Shown: positions 63,901 through 64,000 of the stretch, in pieces
How positions within the stretch are numbered: position 1 is the stretch's first letter
How the letters are laid out: each line of letters starts with the position of its first letter
Assembly (NCBI GenBank): GCA_002633005.1
Contig: NMRA01000261.1
Span: 1-64,000 of the forward strand
DNA: 64,000 bases
Direction: 5' to 3'
Origin: Phoronis australis
Lineage: Eukaryota; Animalia; Phoronida
The notes under the pieces: generated by a model
The model's database searches: none
Told to the model about the DNA's origin: nothing
The model's input: the letters and a program-made list of their open reading frames with translations, nothing else
Made by a program: the position numbers and the translations under genes

Positions 63901-64000
63901 CAACAAATTCTTTCAACTTTGGGTTGGTGGATCATAGGTGTCCAGGGAGACTGTCTAGTTCAGGTCAAGCGCCCATGTTTGGGTATGTTTCCTATCCTTA

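Overview
Eukaryotic, AT-rich, intron-containing draft-assembly DNA. The repeat types suggest a marine invertebrate, possibly a mollusc (inference). There is one 529-N gap (13106-13634) and single Ns at 3843, 20495 and 46932. Three protein-coding genes can be rebuilt by hand with phase-consistent splice sites. (1) A two-exon GT31 beta-1,3-galactosyltransferase-family gene (+, 4341-5850). (2) A ~27 kb minus-strand gene (CDS 31584-8303, >=14 coding exons, ~2700 aa) for a TTC3/DZIP3-like RING-H2 E3 ligase. It lacks TPRs but carries two TIS11-type CCCH zinc fingers, an array of LC8-like motifs, a huge Ser/Pro-rich exon with ~25 identical 63-bp repeats, and a GC-AG intron. (3) A minus-strand EPLIN/LIMA1/XIRP2/LIMD2-like single-LIM gene (>=54479-41319, 5' end not found) with repeated short basic-RF(E) motifs and a 960-nt acidic cassette exon. 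Positions 1-226 hold a second copy of the 5' end of the 63-bp-repeat exon, either a paralog or a misplaced contig. Mobile DNA includes a decayed hAT transposase, MITEs with TSDs, Helentron/HINE-like repeats and an L2/CR1-like LINE relic. A Penelope-like element (RT + GIY-YIG) is bracketed by ~210-bp inverted repeats that combine a tRNA-like head with a minimal hammerhead ribozyme. All family assignments come from remembered motifs; no database search was run.
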